A stretch of DNA of 64,000 nt, taken from contig JBAYIC010000008.1 of NCBI GenBank assembly GCA_041665845.1, positions 1,335-65,334 on the forward strand, written 5' to 3'. Every line of letters begins with the position of its first letter. The stretch's first letter is position 1. Of this stretch, positions 19,617 through 28,400 are shown piece by piece. The DNA comes from Patescibacteria group bacterium (GTDB taxonomy: Bacteria; Patescibacteriota; Patescibacteriia; Patescibacteriales; UBA12465). The position numbers were made by a program, and so were the translations under genes. Below the pieces are notes generated by a model. The model did no database searches. It was not told the origin of the DNA and worked only from the letters and a program-made list of their open reading frames with translations.

Positions 19617-21836
19617 TTACTCAGCAAACAACTGGTCAATTTGTTCCTTAAAGGCAGGATCGAGTTGAATAGTTCTAGCGGCTGTTGCCCGAGCCTTATT
19701 GGTATTTCCAACTAATGTATATAATTTAGTTAAATTAAACCAAACTTCAGCGTCATCACTATAAATTCCTGATAATCTTTCAACAACAGTGATTGCTCTT
19801 AAATAGTCTTTGTTATTAGCTAAATAAGTTGCCGCTAAAATTAAAGCATTGCTCGAACCGATTTGATTCACTGCCCCAGCATCAATACACTTCTCTAAAG
19901 CCGGGATAACTTCAGTATCAGATTTTGTCTGCATATAAATCTGAGCTAAACGGCAATACGAATGAGGATATTTAGGATTTAGGCTAATTGCATACTGTAA
20001 AGTCTCAATTGCTTCTTGCGACCTGCCCTGCATTAAAAGAGATTGCGCTTTAACAAAATAAACAGGAATTCTTCCCGGACTAGCAGCGACTGCTTTATCA
20101 GCGGCAAGTAAAGAAAGATTGGAATAATAGTCTCTTTTAATTTCATCTTCATTGAAAAGTCTCGAACCTAAATCATAAACCTGCGCTAATTGTAATTGAA
20201 ATAGATTATCTTTCTCATTATACTCAGCATTTTTTTCAGCTAAGAGAACTAGGTATTCGTATTCGGTTTGCAATTTATCAGATGACAAAGAGGCCAAAAG
20301 CTCTGGGTTACCAGCTACCAAATTGATAAGAGTCGCTCTCCCGTCTCTATCTAGAGCCGTTCCGGTTAAACTTTCTCTAAAAATATTGAAACCTTCTTCC
20401 GTCCTGCCAATGATAACAAAAGAATAGCCGTCTATTACCCCCTTAAGCATTCGATAAGGCTTAAGATTAGCATTGGAAACTACAATTAAAGAAATAATCA
20501 GTAGCACAATTAAGGCTAACCATTCTCTACTTGTATCTTTTAGCCAACTAGAATTAACAGTTACCTCCCTATCAGCCTCAATAGCATTATCATTCGGAAG
20601 CCAATAGATAAAACCAATCATTATCATCAGCCCAATATAGGTAACAAAGGAATCAAAAACCGCTAAATTCTGAATAAAATAGGCAGTCATCAAAGCAACC
20701 ACGACAACTATTTCTAAATTACGACGCCCCGCCTCTGTTTGATTGATTTTTTTACCATTCTTTTTTAATTCACACCAAAGATAATAAAGGGCAAAAATAA
20801 GAATACTTAAATAGGTTATAAATCCCGCTAAACCGGTTGTAGAAATAATATCAATTAAATTATTATGTGCTCTATCAAAATAAGTTTCGACCCTATCGTA
20901 ATCAAAAAATTTAGGATTAAATTGACGATCAAAAATAATTGCATAATTACCAAAGCCGGTTCCAAGTAGTGGATGATATTTGAAATCACGAGCGGCTCCT
21001 TGCCAAGATAATAATCTAGTTTGAAAAGTAGTCTTTTGTGAAGTTAAATTTCTTAAAAAACTATTTTGGAACCAGGTAGCTTGTTGCTGTGAAAAAATAA
21101 TAGCAACAATAATAACCATCAAAGCGCAAACGGTTAAAAAACTGTACTTTATTTTTTTTTGGCTATGGAAAATACCAATTAATAACATAGCCATGAATAT
21201 ACTAGCCGCTAAACCAATAATTGCCCCAGAAGTATGCATGTTTTTAAACTGTAAAAGCATGATGATCGTCGGAATAAAATAAAGATAACGCCAATTATTT
21301 CTAGTACGAAAAAATAAAATTGTGGCAAAAAAGATGTTAAATATTAAATAACCACTAACGTAGGCCGTATTTCCAATTGTGCTGTAACCATGTTTACCCA
21401 ACAAACCAATCAAACTAACTATAACAGCGGCCGTGATTGATGCTAAAAATAATATTTGCCATTCTTTCCAGGTTCGAAAAACCGTAATCAAAATAAAAAA
21501 GAAAATTAAGAAATGTAAAAGATGAAAGAAACCAAGCATTCTTTCAACGTCTCCCCAAAAGCTTAAATTAAAATCAACACCGGTAAAACATGATAACAAA
21601 ATAATGGCGAAGTATGAAATTAGCCCGACTACCATTAAATTTAATTTTGGCCGATAACTAGGATAACGCCAAATCAAAACTACCCAGAAAGCAAAAAGCA
21701 ATTCCATCAAAATATTAAAGGAAATTTGTTTGGAACTGATGTAAGGAAAAAGTAAATCAGCAAAAACAAAGAGGACAAAAAATAAAGAAATAATTAATCC
21801 CCCTTGAAGAATACGTAAATAAATTTTTGACGACAT
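19617..21836 (-). CDS. O-antigen ligase/polymerase-like (Wzy_C) membrane protein fused to C-terminal TPR repeats
   Basis: 739 aa with about 11 TM helices. Loop with FDRAHNNLIDIISTTGLAGF is typical of the O-antigen ligase family. The C-terminal ~300 aa is TPR-like (AQVYDLG..., AISLNPKYPHSYCRLAQIYM, AARTIQLDPAF). Confidence 0.8.
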   Translation of the reverse strand: MSSKIYLRILQGGLIISLFFVLFVFADLLFPYISSKQISFNILMELLFAFWVVLIWRYPSYRPKLNLMVVGLISYFAIILLSCFTGVDFNLSFWGDVERMLGFFHLLHFLIFFFILITVFRTWKEWQILFLASITAAVIVSLIGLLGKHGYSTIGNTAYVSGYLIFNIFFATILFFRTRNNWRYLYFIPTIIMLLQFKNMHTSGAIIGLAASIFMAMLLIGIFHSQKKIKYSFLTVCALMVIIVAIIFSQQQATWFQNSFLRNLTSQKTTFQTRLLSWQGAARDFKYHPLLGTGFGNYAIIFDRQFNPKFFDYDRVETYFDRAHNNLIDIISTTGLAGFITYLSILIFALYYLWCELKKNGKKINQTEAGRRNLEIVVVVALMTAYFIQNLAVFDSFVTYIGLMIMIGFIYWLPNDNAIEADREVTVNSSWLKDTSREWLALIVLLIISLIVVSNANLKPYRMLKGVIDGYSFVIIGRTEEGFNIFRESLTGTALDRDGRATLINLVAGNPELLASLSSDKLQTEYEYLVLLAEKNAEYNEKDNLFQLQLAQVYDLGSRLFNEDEIKRDYYSNLSLLAADKAVAASPGRIPVYFVKAQSLLMQGRSQEAIETLQYAISLNPKYPHSYCRLAQIYMQTKSDTEVIPALEKCIDAGAVNQIGSSNALILAATYLANNKDYLRAITVVERLSGIYSDDAEVWFNLTKLYTLVGNTNKARATAARTIQLDPAFKEQIDQLFAE

Positions 21837-22064
21837 AATATAAAATTAAAATTTAATTGAGCGGTAATTTTTAATAAAATTAAAAAATCCTAATATAATT
21901 ATAACAGATTCTTGCTAAACCCCAAGCCCCTTGACTTATTATTTATTATATGTTAACTTATGAAGTCACCCGTTCTTTCGAAATATATAAGAGGATAGCC
22001 ACAGCAGCAGTAAAATTTGCTGGGGGTTAAAAGATAATAAATCTTTACCCCTAATTCTAAACAT

Positions 22065-22226
22065 ATGTTTAGACTTTTCAACAGCTTTTTTTCACTACTA
22101 CTCACAATTATTGTGTTAAAATGGCTTCTCCCTCCTGATACAGCTGATTTAGCAAATCAAATCTTGGTCAATATTTTGACTATTATTAGAGATTTGATAG
22201 CTATAATCACGCTACCACCAACATAA
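22065..22226 (+). CDS. possible 53-aa hydrophobic peptide (below the ORF-track size cut-off)
   Basis: ATG 22065 to TAA 22224-22226: MFRLFNSFFSLLLTIIVLKWLLPPDTADLANQILVNILTIIRDLIAIITLPPT. A strong terminator follows directly. No clear RBS or promoter. Confidence 0.3.
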   Translation: MFRLFNSFFSLLLTIIVLKWLLPPDTADLANQILVNILTIIRDLIAIITLPPT

Positions 22227-22229
22227 CTT

Positions 22230-22256
22230 AAAGAGCTTTCTACGGAAAGCTCTTTT
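22230..22256 (+). terminator. rho-independent terminator
   Basis: AAAGAGCTTTC-tacg-GAAAGCTCTTT, 11-bp perfect stem, then TTT. Confidence 0.7.
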
Positions 22257-22281
22257 AATTTTCCTAAATTTTCCCTAAGTA

Positions 22282-22310
22282 TTGACATTTTTATATAAAT
22301 ATGCTATAGT
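22282..22310 (+). promoter_or_regulatory. consensus extended -10 promoter of the paralog pair
   Basis: TTGACA (22282-22287), 17-nt spacer ending in TGc, TATAGT (22305-22310). About 90-nt leader. Confidence 0.65.
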
Positions 22311-22401
22311 TCTCAGAAGGAAAATCTAATTTCCCTACCCTCGATATGGGGAGAGTCATATCAAAAAAATAAAAGTAAAGCACCTTAAAAATTAATCGCA
22401 C

Positions 22402-23451
22402 ATGAAAAAGAATCGCATTTTTTTCGTATTTTCGACCGCTATGATGGCCGTATGTTTTTTTATCCTGGCTCTTGCCATGGACGGACAGGCACAAAGTTCT
22501 AAGTTCCTCGATACCTATAACAAGGTACTGGAACTGAACAAGGACCGATTTGCAAACTTAAACGATCTCCCAATTGGAGCTCTGGTACTTTTCCCATCAC
22601 GATTCGGTGATAACAGCCTGGAGGCCTGGAAAACAGTTTCCTCCGATAACATGGGAGGTAAACATGACTGTATCTGGTATATGACCGGACGTTATATGGA
22701 CGCTGTTGCTGTTCATAGCCAAGCCGAAGCTACTCCTCCGACTCCATCAGACCAGCAAGCTAAACAGCAATTACCTAATCCGCCCGCCGAAAAACAACCG
22801 CTTTGGTGGTGGAGCTTGATTGCTCCTGCTTTGTGTATTATCTTTCTGCTTTGGTATTGGTTTTGGTCTAACCAAAAAAAGAACCCGAATCATTACCCTG
22901 CGGTCGGAGAAAATTTGGAAAGAATGTCTAAAACAGAAGCAATGATGAGCTTAAAAAACTTTTTGGGTGAAGGAGATATTCTTCTTAATATCCATCAGGG
23001 AAAATTGAAGCGGCGTTTTGGTCCCAGAAAACTTGCTTGCCGAATGATGTTCGGAGACGGGTTTTATCGCAATGTTTGGATGAAACAGAACGATGGGATT
23101 ACGGTTATGCTGATTAAAAACGGCGAAGTCATCAGAAAAGTGCACCGCAGAAGTACAGGATCTAATGGATTCTTCACTGGAACCCTAACCGTTCCTAACG
23201 GTTGGTACATTGAGTACTTTGAGTTTGTTCAGGTAATTTTTGAGAAAATCACCGCCGAAAGTGATGCAAGTCAGTTAACTGAACAACCTAAAAAAGAACA
23301 GGCTAATGAAATCTGTTTGGATTTAAACACGATCATGGAAGCAGCTAAAGATTTTCGCAAGATAAAAATTGTGAAAAATCAAAAAGGAAAAACGAAAGTT
23401 GAAATCTCAAAATTCATCGGAGACAAAAAACCAAAAAACAAAAAACACTGA
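22402..23451 (+). CDS. unknown bitopic membrane protein, paralog A (signal peptide, LysM-like segment, TM, C-terminal domain, Lys-rich tail)
   Basis: 349 aa. N-terminal hydrophobic signal. LELNKDRFANLNDLPIGALVLFPS. GKHDCIWYMTGRY. TM LWWWSLIAPALCIIFLLWYWFW. NPNHYPAVGENL. RMMFGDGFYRNVWM. KKPKNKKH tail. Confidence 0.8.
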   Translation: MKKNRIFFVFSTAMMAVCFFILALAMDGQAQSSKFLDTYNKVLELNKDRFANLNDLPIGALVLFPSRFGDNSLEAWKTVSSDNMGGKHDCIWYMTGRYMDAVAVHSQAEATPPTPSDQQAKQQLPNPPAEKQPLWWWSLIAPALCIIFLLWYWFWSNQKKNPNHYPAVGENLERMSKTEAMMSLKNFLGEGDILLNIHQGKLKRRFGPRKLACRMMFGDGFYRNVWMKQNDGITVMLIKNGEVIRKVHRRSTGSNGFFTGTLTVPNGWYIEYFEFVQVIFEKITAESDASQLTEQPKKEQANEICLDLNTIMEAAKDFRKIKIVKNQKGKTKVEISKFIGDKKPKNKKH

Positions 23452-23453
23452 AA

Positions 23454-24500
23454 ATGAAAAAAAACTTTTTGTTGATTATCGTTGTGATTCTTGTTCTGGC
23501 TTTAAACAGTCAGGCTAGAAGTCCGAGACCGCGGATGACTCTCGATGAGGAATTTCAAAGAACCTATCAAAGGGTTCTTGAAATGAATCAAACAAGATTC
23601 AAAGATCTCAAGAGAATTCCAATCGGAGAAACTATTCTCGTTCCCTCACGCTGGGATGAGCGGGATATAGAAATGTTCGAGTTACGACCACCAACCAACG
23701 GTCGACACGATTGCATCTATCTGCTTGTTCACCGATATGTTTATGGTGAGGCAAGTATAGAGGATTCTGGCCCAGCTAGTGGAAATATATCAAACACGAG
23801 CGTTCCCGCAATCACAACAACACCAGAAGAATCTCCTAAAAAATCCAACGGCTTATGGTGGTTAGCTATTCTCCCAATTATTCCGATAACAATAGGCGGA
23901 AGAAAATGGTGGGAAAACAGACACAATCCGGATAGTTATCCTCCGGTTGGTAAGAACTTGGACTCCTTGGAACCGGCCGCAGTTGTGGCTGAAGTTCAAA
24001 GAGTATTCGAAGTGAACGGCAATAAAGTTCTCGAAGTTAAACGCGGAACTTTATGTCGCTTAAGCGGACCTAATAAAATCAAAGTCAGGATGAAATTCGG
24101 TGATAATAAAGACAGGAATGTCTGGATACTTCCGAATGAATCAGTCTGTAAGATTAAAGTCCGAAACATTTTCGGACAAGAGTCTTACGAATATTGCCGT
24201 AGTGCTTGCACTAATGGCATGATATTAGACCATTTCGAACTTCCCAAAGGCTGGGAGTTCGTTATCAACCGGGCAACCTTAACAACAGTGCCCGAAATTA
24301 CTACCGCCACAGTTATCCCAACTGTAATACCAACTGCAGTGGAAAAAACTGATGTTATTCTCCCGTTGGTTGAAAACCAAAGAAGGCCACCGCGGTGTAC
24401 AAAAAATAAGCACCGCTGTAAGACCTGTAAAAAATTCAACCCCAAATATGGGAAGAAAAAAAGGATCTGCGGCTTCAAAGCAAAGCCGCGAAAATTGTAA
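23454..24500 (+). CDS. unknown bitopic membrane protein, paralog B, with Cys-rich basic C-terminal tail
   Basis: 348 aa. Colinear with paralog A (LEMNQTRFKDLKRIPIGETILVPS, GRHDCIYLLVHRY, LWWLAILPIIPITIGG, NPDSYPPVGKNL, RMKFGDNKDRNVWI). Tail is RRPPRCTKNKHRCKTCKKFNPKYGKKKRICGFKAKPRKL. Starts 2 nt after the stop of paralog A. Confidence 0.8.
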   Translation: MKKNFLLIIVVILVLALNSQARSPRPRMTLDEEFQRTYQRVLEMNQTRFKDLKRIPIGETILVPSRWDERDIEMFELRPPTNGRHDCIYLLVHRYVYGEASIEDSGPASGNISNTSVPAITTTPEESPKKSNGLWWLAILPIIPITIGGRKWWENRHNPDSYPPVGKNLDSLEPAAVVAEVQRVFEVNGNKVLEVKRGTLCRLSGPNKIKVRMKFGDNKDRNVWILPNESVCKIKVRNIFGQESYEYCRSACTNGMILDHFELPKGWEFVINRATLTTVPEITTATVIPTVIPTAVEKTDVILPLVENQRRPPRCTKNKHRCKTCKKFNPKYGKKKRICGFKAKPRKL

Positions 24501-24565
24501 AGAATTGCCTAAAAAATAAGCTAAAAAGTTGTAAAAAAACAACTAGTTAGCAATCCTCTTACAAA

Positions 24566-24600
24566 ACGCCTCAGCTATCAACACTGAGGCGCTTTTTTTA
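24566..24600. terminator. rho-independent terminator between convergent genes
   Basis: CGCCTCAG-ctatcaaca-CTGAGGCG followed by TTTTTTT. The A-rich 5' flank allows use from the opposite strand. Confidence 0.7.
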
Positions 24601-24630
24601 TTCTATTTTTTTATTCTATTTTGCTATAAT

Positions 24631-25485
24631 CTAATCTCCTAAAAGATTACCGCCGCCGTCTTCAATCATCAAAACTCCTTCTGCGGAAGTAGCTGCAGTA
24701 GTAGTTGTGGAAGTAGTTGGCTGACAAGCTTTAAGGCTGGTTTTATATGTTTCCCAAGTTGCATTATGACTCTTCTTGGAAGCTTCTCTAATTTTTTCCA
24801 TACTACCCTTAAAGGTTTCCACACAAGCATTGAAAGCTTCTTTTTGTTTACTAGCAACCGCTACGGTTGTAGTCGCAGTATTAGAGTTGATAACTGCTTT
24901 TTGACAAGTTGTTCTTGCAGAAATGGCCTCATTAACCATAGTTGCTTGATAAGTATTAGCAGTTTTTAGAGAATCGTCCTTACTCTCAATCGCAGCAATA
25001 ACACAAGCGGCCATTTCTGGTTTAACATAGGCTCGGCTAACTGACTCCGATCTTTTAGGATCTTCTTTTTTTATTCCCCAAAGAGCAGTTCCTACCTTTT
25101 TAATCTGCTCATAAAGATTAATCAATTGTGGAGCGGCAATTTTTTCAAATTTTTTTTCTTCTTTCTTTAATTCATTTTTTAATTCATTCTTTTTTAATTC
25201 CGTATTAGCTGTAGTAGTACCAACAGAGGAAGTTCCTTTTCTTACTCCATAAAGCGCATTTCCTTGCTTCATTATTTTTTCAAAATTTTTAATCTGATCC
25301 GGAGTTAATATTTTTTCCAAACCAGTCATTGCTTTTTTAGAAGCTGGGTTACTCATTAATTTTGGTTCTGGTTTTGCATCACCATTACCTTGAGTAGAGT
25401 TATTGTCTTCGGCAAAAATTGGTCCCGAGAAAGCTAAAGATAGACCCATAATTAGTGCCAAAGACCAAATAATAGTTTTTTTCAT
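24631..25485 (-). CDS. hypothetical secreted protein with internal duplication
   Basis: 284 aa. Signal peptide MKKTIIWSLALIMGLSLAFSGPIFA. Two related segments (FEKIMKQGNALYGVRK / YEQIKKVGTALWGIKK). ELKKNELKNELKKEEKK run. Several Cys. Confidence 0.6.
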   Translation of the reverse strand: MKKTIIWSLALIMGLSLAFSGPIFAEDNNSTQGNGDAKPEPKLMSNPASKKAMTGLEKILTPDQIKNFEKIMKQGNALYGVRKGTSSVGTTTANTELKKNELKNELKKEEKKFEKIAAPQLINLYEQIKKVGTALWGIKKEDPKRSESVSRAYVKPEMAACVIAAIESKDDSLKTANTYQATMVNEAISARTTCQKAVINSNTATTTVAVASKQKEAFNACVETFKGSMEKIREASKKSHNATWETYKTSLKACQPTTSTTTTAATSAEGVLMIEDGGGNLLGD

Positions 25486-25515
25486 ACTTTTATTATTTAG
25501 TTAATTATTTTTATA

Positions 25516-26655
25516 TTATACCACACGAATTGCCCGAGCAACAGTTAAAGCAACTCTTTTATCAAATGGATCGGGTAAAATTAAATCAACGCTCGGATTT
25601 TCAACGAGACCGGCTAAATTTTCTGCAGCTCGAACTAACATCTCGTCGGTAATTTGTTTAACTTTATTATCAAGGGCACCGCGAAATATTCCCGGAAAAG
25701 CTAAAACATTATTTACCTGATTAGGAAAATCACTGCGGCCAGTTGAAACTATAAAAGCTCCGGCCGCCTTTGCCTCATCAGGCATTATTTCGGGAGTCGG
25801 ATTAGCAAGTGCAAAAATTATCGGCTTTTCTTTCATTGATTTAACCATTGCTTGAGTTAATACTCCCGGCGCGCTCACGCCAATAAAAACGTCCGCTCCT
25901 TTTACAACATCAACTAAACTTCCAACGTGTTGATTGGGGTTGGTGAATTTAGCTAAACTCTTTTTAGCTTCGCTTAAATTAGGTCGAGTACTATAAATAG
26001 CTCCCTCCCTGTCACAAGAAATTATATTTTTGAAACCATAGTCATAAAGCAAATTAGCAATTGCATCTCCAGCCGCTCCCGCACCGTTAATAACCAAGCT
26101 AATTTCGTTTTTATTTGAACCGCGGACTTTAAGGGCGTTAATAAGCCCCGCTAAAACAACAGTCGCCGTTCCATGTTGATCATCATGCATTACCGGAATA
26201 TCAAGTTCTGCTTTTAATCTTGCCTCAATATTAAAACAACGTGGAGCCGAAATATCTTCTAAATTAACCCCGCCAAAATTAGGTGCTAAATATTTAACAG
26301 TTTTAATAATTTCTTCTTCGTCTTGAGTATCAAGACAAATCGGGAAAGCATCAACTCCAGCAAATTCTTTAAATAATGCACATTTTCCTTCCATCACCGG
26401 CAAGGCTGCCTCTGGGCCTAAGTTTCCTAAACCTAGAATTGCACTACCATCGCTTATCACCGCGACCGTATTGCCTTTGAGAGTTAAAGAATAGGCCAAA
26501 GATTTATCAGAAGCTATCCGGCGTGATATTTCCGCGACGCCAGGGCTATAAGCTAAAGCTAATTCCGCACGACTTGTTAGAGGAACTTTACTTCTAACTT
26601 CTAATTTTCCTTGATATTTTTTATGAAGTAAAACCGCTTCTTCGTAAATATCCAT
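25516..26655 (-). CDS. NAD(P)-dependent malic enzyme (short, MaeB N-domain type)
   Basis: 379 aa. LALAYSPGVA, VAVISDGSAILGLGNLG, dinucleotide fold VINGAGAAG, FALANPTPE. Confidence 0.9.
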   Translation of the reverse strand: MDIYEEAVLLHKKYQGKLEVRSKVPLTSRAELALAYSPGVAEISRRIASDKSLAYSLTLKGNTVAVISDGSAILGLGNLGPEAALPVMEGKCALFKEFAGVDAFPICLDTQDEEEIIKTVKYLAPNFGGVNLEDISAPRCFNIEARLKAELDIPVMHDDQHGTATVVLAGLINALKVRGSNKNEISLVINGAGAAGDAIANLLYDYGFKNIISCDREGAIYSTRPNLSEAKKSLAKFTNPNQHVGSLVDVVKGADVFIGVSAPGVLTQAMVKSMKEKPIIFALANPTPEIMPDEAKAAGAFIVSTGRSDFPNQVNNVLAFPGIFRGALDNKVKQITDEMLVRAAENLAGLVENPSVDLILPDPFDKRVALTVARAIRVV

Positions 26656-26673
26656 ATAATTATGATTTAGTTA

Positions 26674-27108
26674 TTATCTTTTAAGAATCAGTGCACCAGA
26701 ACCAGAGGGGAAAACTATTTCTGCATTTTTTTCATTTATTTCGGCCCAAATAGCAAAATTATCGGGATGGCCATCAAGAATTTGAAATTTTTCTTTCTTA
26801 TAATTAGCCCTATCTTTGAATTCGGCCTCATAAATAAAACCAATTTCATGTCCATTTTCACCATTATAAGTAAAAATATTTTCTCTTATATCTAAGAGGC
26901 GAATATTAATAAGCTCGGCCGCCAACTCTTCTTGCAATTCCCTTTTTAAAGCTTCTACGGAAGTTTCGCCAAATTCTATGCCGCCGCCGACAAGACGATA
27001 AAAATGAGCATCTTTAACCGAATCATAACCAGGAGAAACTAAGACTCGATTATCTTTTTTAATGATAACAACTGATAAAGCGCGGATTTTCCCAGCATGT
27101 AAAGACAT
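26674..27108 (-). CDS. NUDIX hydrolase
   Basis: 144 aa. Nudix box GGGIEFGETSVEALKRELQEELA. Confidence 0.85.
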   Translation of the reverse strand: MSLHAGKIRALSVVIIKKDNRVLVSPGYDSVKDAHFYRLVGGGIEFGETSVEALKRELQEELAAELINIRLLDIRENIFTYNGENGHEIGFIYEAEFKDRANYKKEKFQILDGHPDNFAIWAEINEKNAEIVFPSGSGALILKR

Positions 27109-27156
27109 ATAATATATTAATATTTATTTTTTGATTATTTAATTTTAGCATAATTA

Positions 27157-27185
27157 TTGACAAAAGGTAAATAAAATTATAATAT
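27157..27185 (+). promoter_or_regulatory. candidate sigma-70 promoter
   Basis: TTGACA (27157-27162), then TATAAT at a 15-nt spacer or TAATAT at a 17-nt spacer. Confidence 0.5.
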
Positions 27186-27236
27186 GAGCGGAAAGTTAAA
27201 AAAATCGTATTTTGTCGCACCTTCAAAATTTTATTT

Positions 27237-27767
27237 ATGAGAAATAAAGCAATCCTAGCTCAAGCTAGATTTTACACAAGAATTAAAGCAACTCGTCTAA
27301 TGTTACCTATTATTTTTATTCTATCGGTTCCATTAATTAGAGTGGTCGATAAAGCACATATTAATATTTTTCTGTTTGCTGCCGGCATGACGTTTGTTAA
27401 TTATGTCATAGCGTATGCTTACACAAGAATAAAAGATGGACGAGAACAAATTAAAGAACTACTCCCTAATCTCAGAGAGCGCTATCACGCTTATTTAAAA
27501 ACCATGCACGGGCTTTGCCGGGAAGCGGAACAAATTAAGTTAGCCCCCCTTGAAGATTTTGCCGATCAAAATTTTTTAGAAACTCTTGCTACTATGAAAG
27601 CGAGTTACGAAAAAGTGGCATTAGTGTTTATATGCAAGATGGAGGCGGAAAGAAACAAGGAATTTGCCTTTAAAACAAAGCTCCGAGAGTCGGAGCATAT
27701 AAGCAAACTGGCAAATATTTTATTATCTGATTTAAAACTTGCTGAAAAAATTGTGGCAAATTGCTAA
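27237..27767 (+). CDS. hypothetical membrane protein
   Basis: 176 aa. Two N-terminal TM helices, then a helical soluble region. No family recognised. Confidence 0.55.
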   Translation: MRNKAILAQARFYTRIKATRLMLPIIFILSVPLIRVVDKAHINIFLFAAGMTFVNYVIAYAYTRIKDGREQIKELLPNLRERYHAYLKTMHGLCREAEQIKLAPLEDFADQNFLETLATMKASYEKVALVFICKMEAERNKEFAFKTKLRESEHISKLANILLSDLKLAEKIVANC

Positions 27768-27810
27768 AACAAAATTGTAAACAATTTTATCAACAAAAAA
27801 ACCATGCTTC

Positions 27811-28398
27811 TCAAAAACATGGTTTTTTATTTATATTTTTTAAAGCGGTTATAACTTTAGTAATTGCGACTTCTAATATGTAGGGGATAAATTTTGCTTT
27901 ATCATCCTTATTTAAATTAGCTAACTTTTCTAAAGACCAGATTTCAAAACCCTGAGATTTACCGGCCTCTGTTTTTAAATCTTTAATATCGCCAGAATAA
28001 ATATATAAATAACTCGCTCTAAAAGAATTATTTATTGTTTTAGTAACATCATCCTCAGAACGTTTCTTTATTTTATCTATAAAAATTAAATCACTGGCTT
28101 TAATTTTAGTTCCCGTTTCTTCTAAAGTTTCTTTTATAGCAGTTTTTTCATAGCTATCGCCTATTTCGACATGCCCACCAACAGTAGCATCTAATAAATC
28201 GGGATAAGTATCTTTATCCTTAGCTCGATGCTGAAGAATTACTTCATGATTTGGAGTAACAAAATAAACATGAACTTCCCGGTGGAGTAGCCCATGTTTA
28301 TGTATTTCTTCTCTAGTTTTTTCGCCAATTATTTTATCATTAACATCGACGATGTTGAGTATTGATTTCATGGCTATATTATAGCCCAAATCGCTCAA
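27811..28398 (-). CDS. NUDIX hydrolase
   Basis: 195 aa. Nudix box GGHVEIGDSYEKTAIKETLEETG. Confidence 0.85.
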   Translation of the reverse strand: MSDLGYNIAMKSILNIVDVNDKIIGEKTREEIHKHGLLHREVHVYFVTPNHEVILQHRAKDKDTYPDLLDATVGGHVEIGDSYEKTAIKETLEETGTKIKASDLIFIDKIKKRSEDDVTKTINNSFRASYLYIYSGDIKDLKTEAGKSQGFEIWSLEKLANLNKDDKAKFIPYILEVAITKVITALKNINKKPCF

Positions 28399-28400
28399 AT

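Noticed and set aside
24597-24630. Short tandem duplication TTATTCTATTTT x2 after the paralog pair
   Set aside because: It is too short and AT-rich to tell apart from chance in this genome. No matching repeat lies at the other end of the unit.
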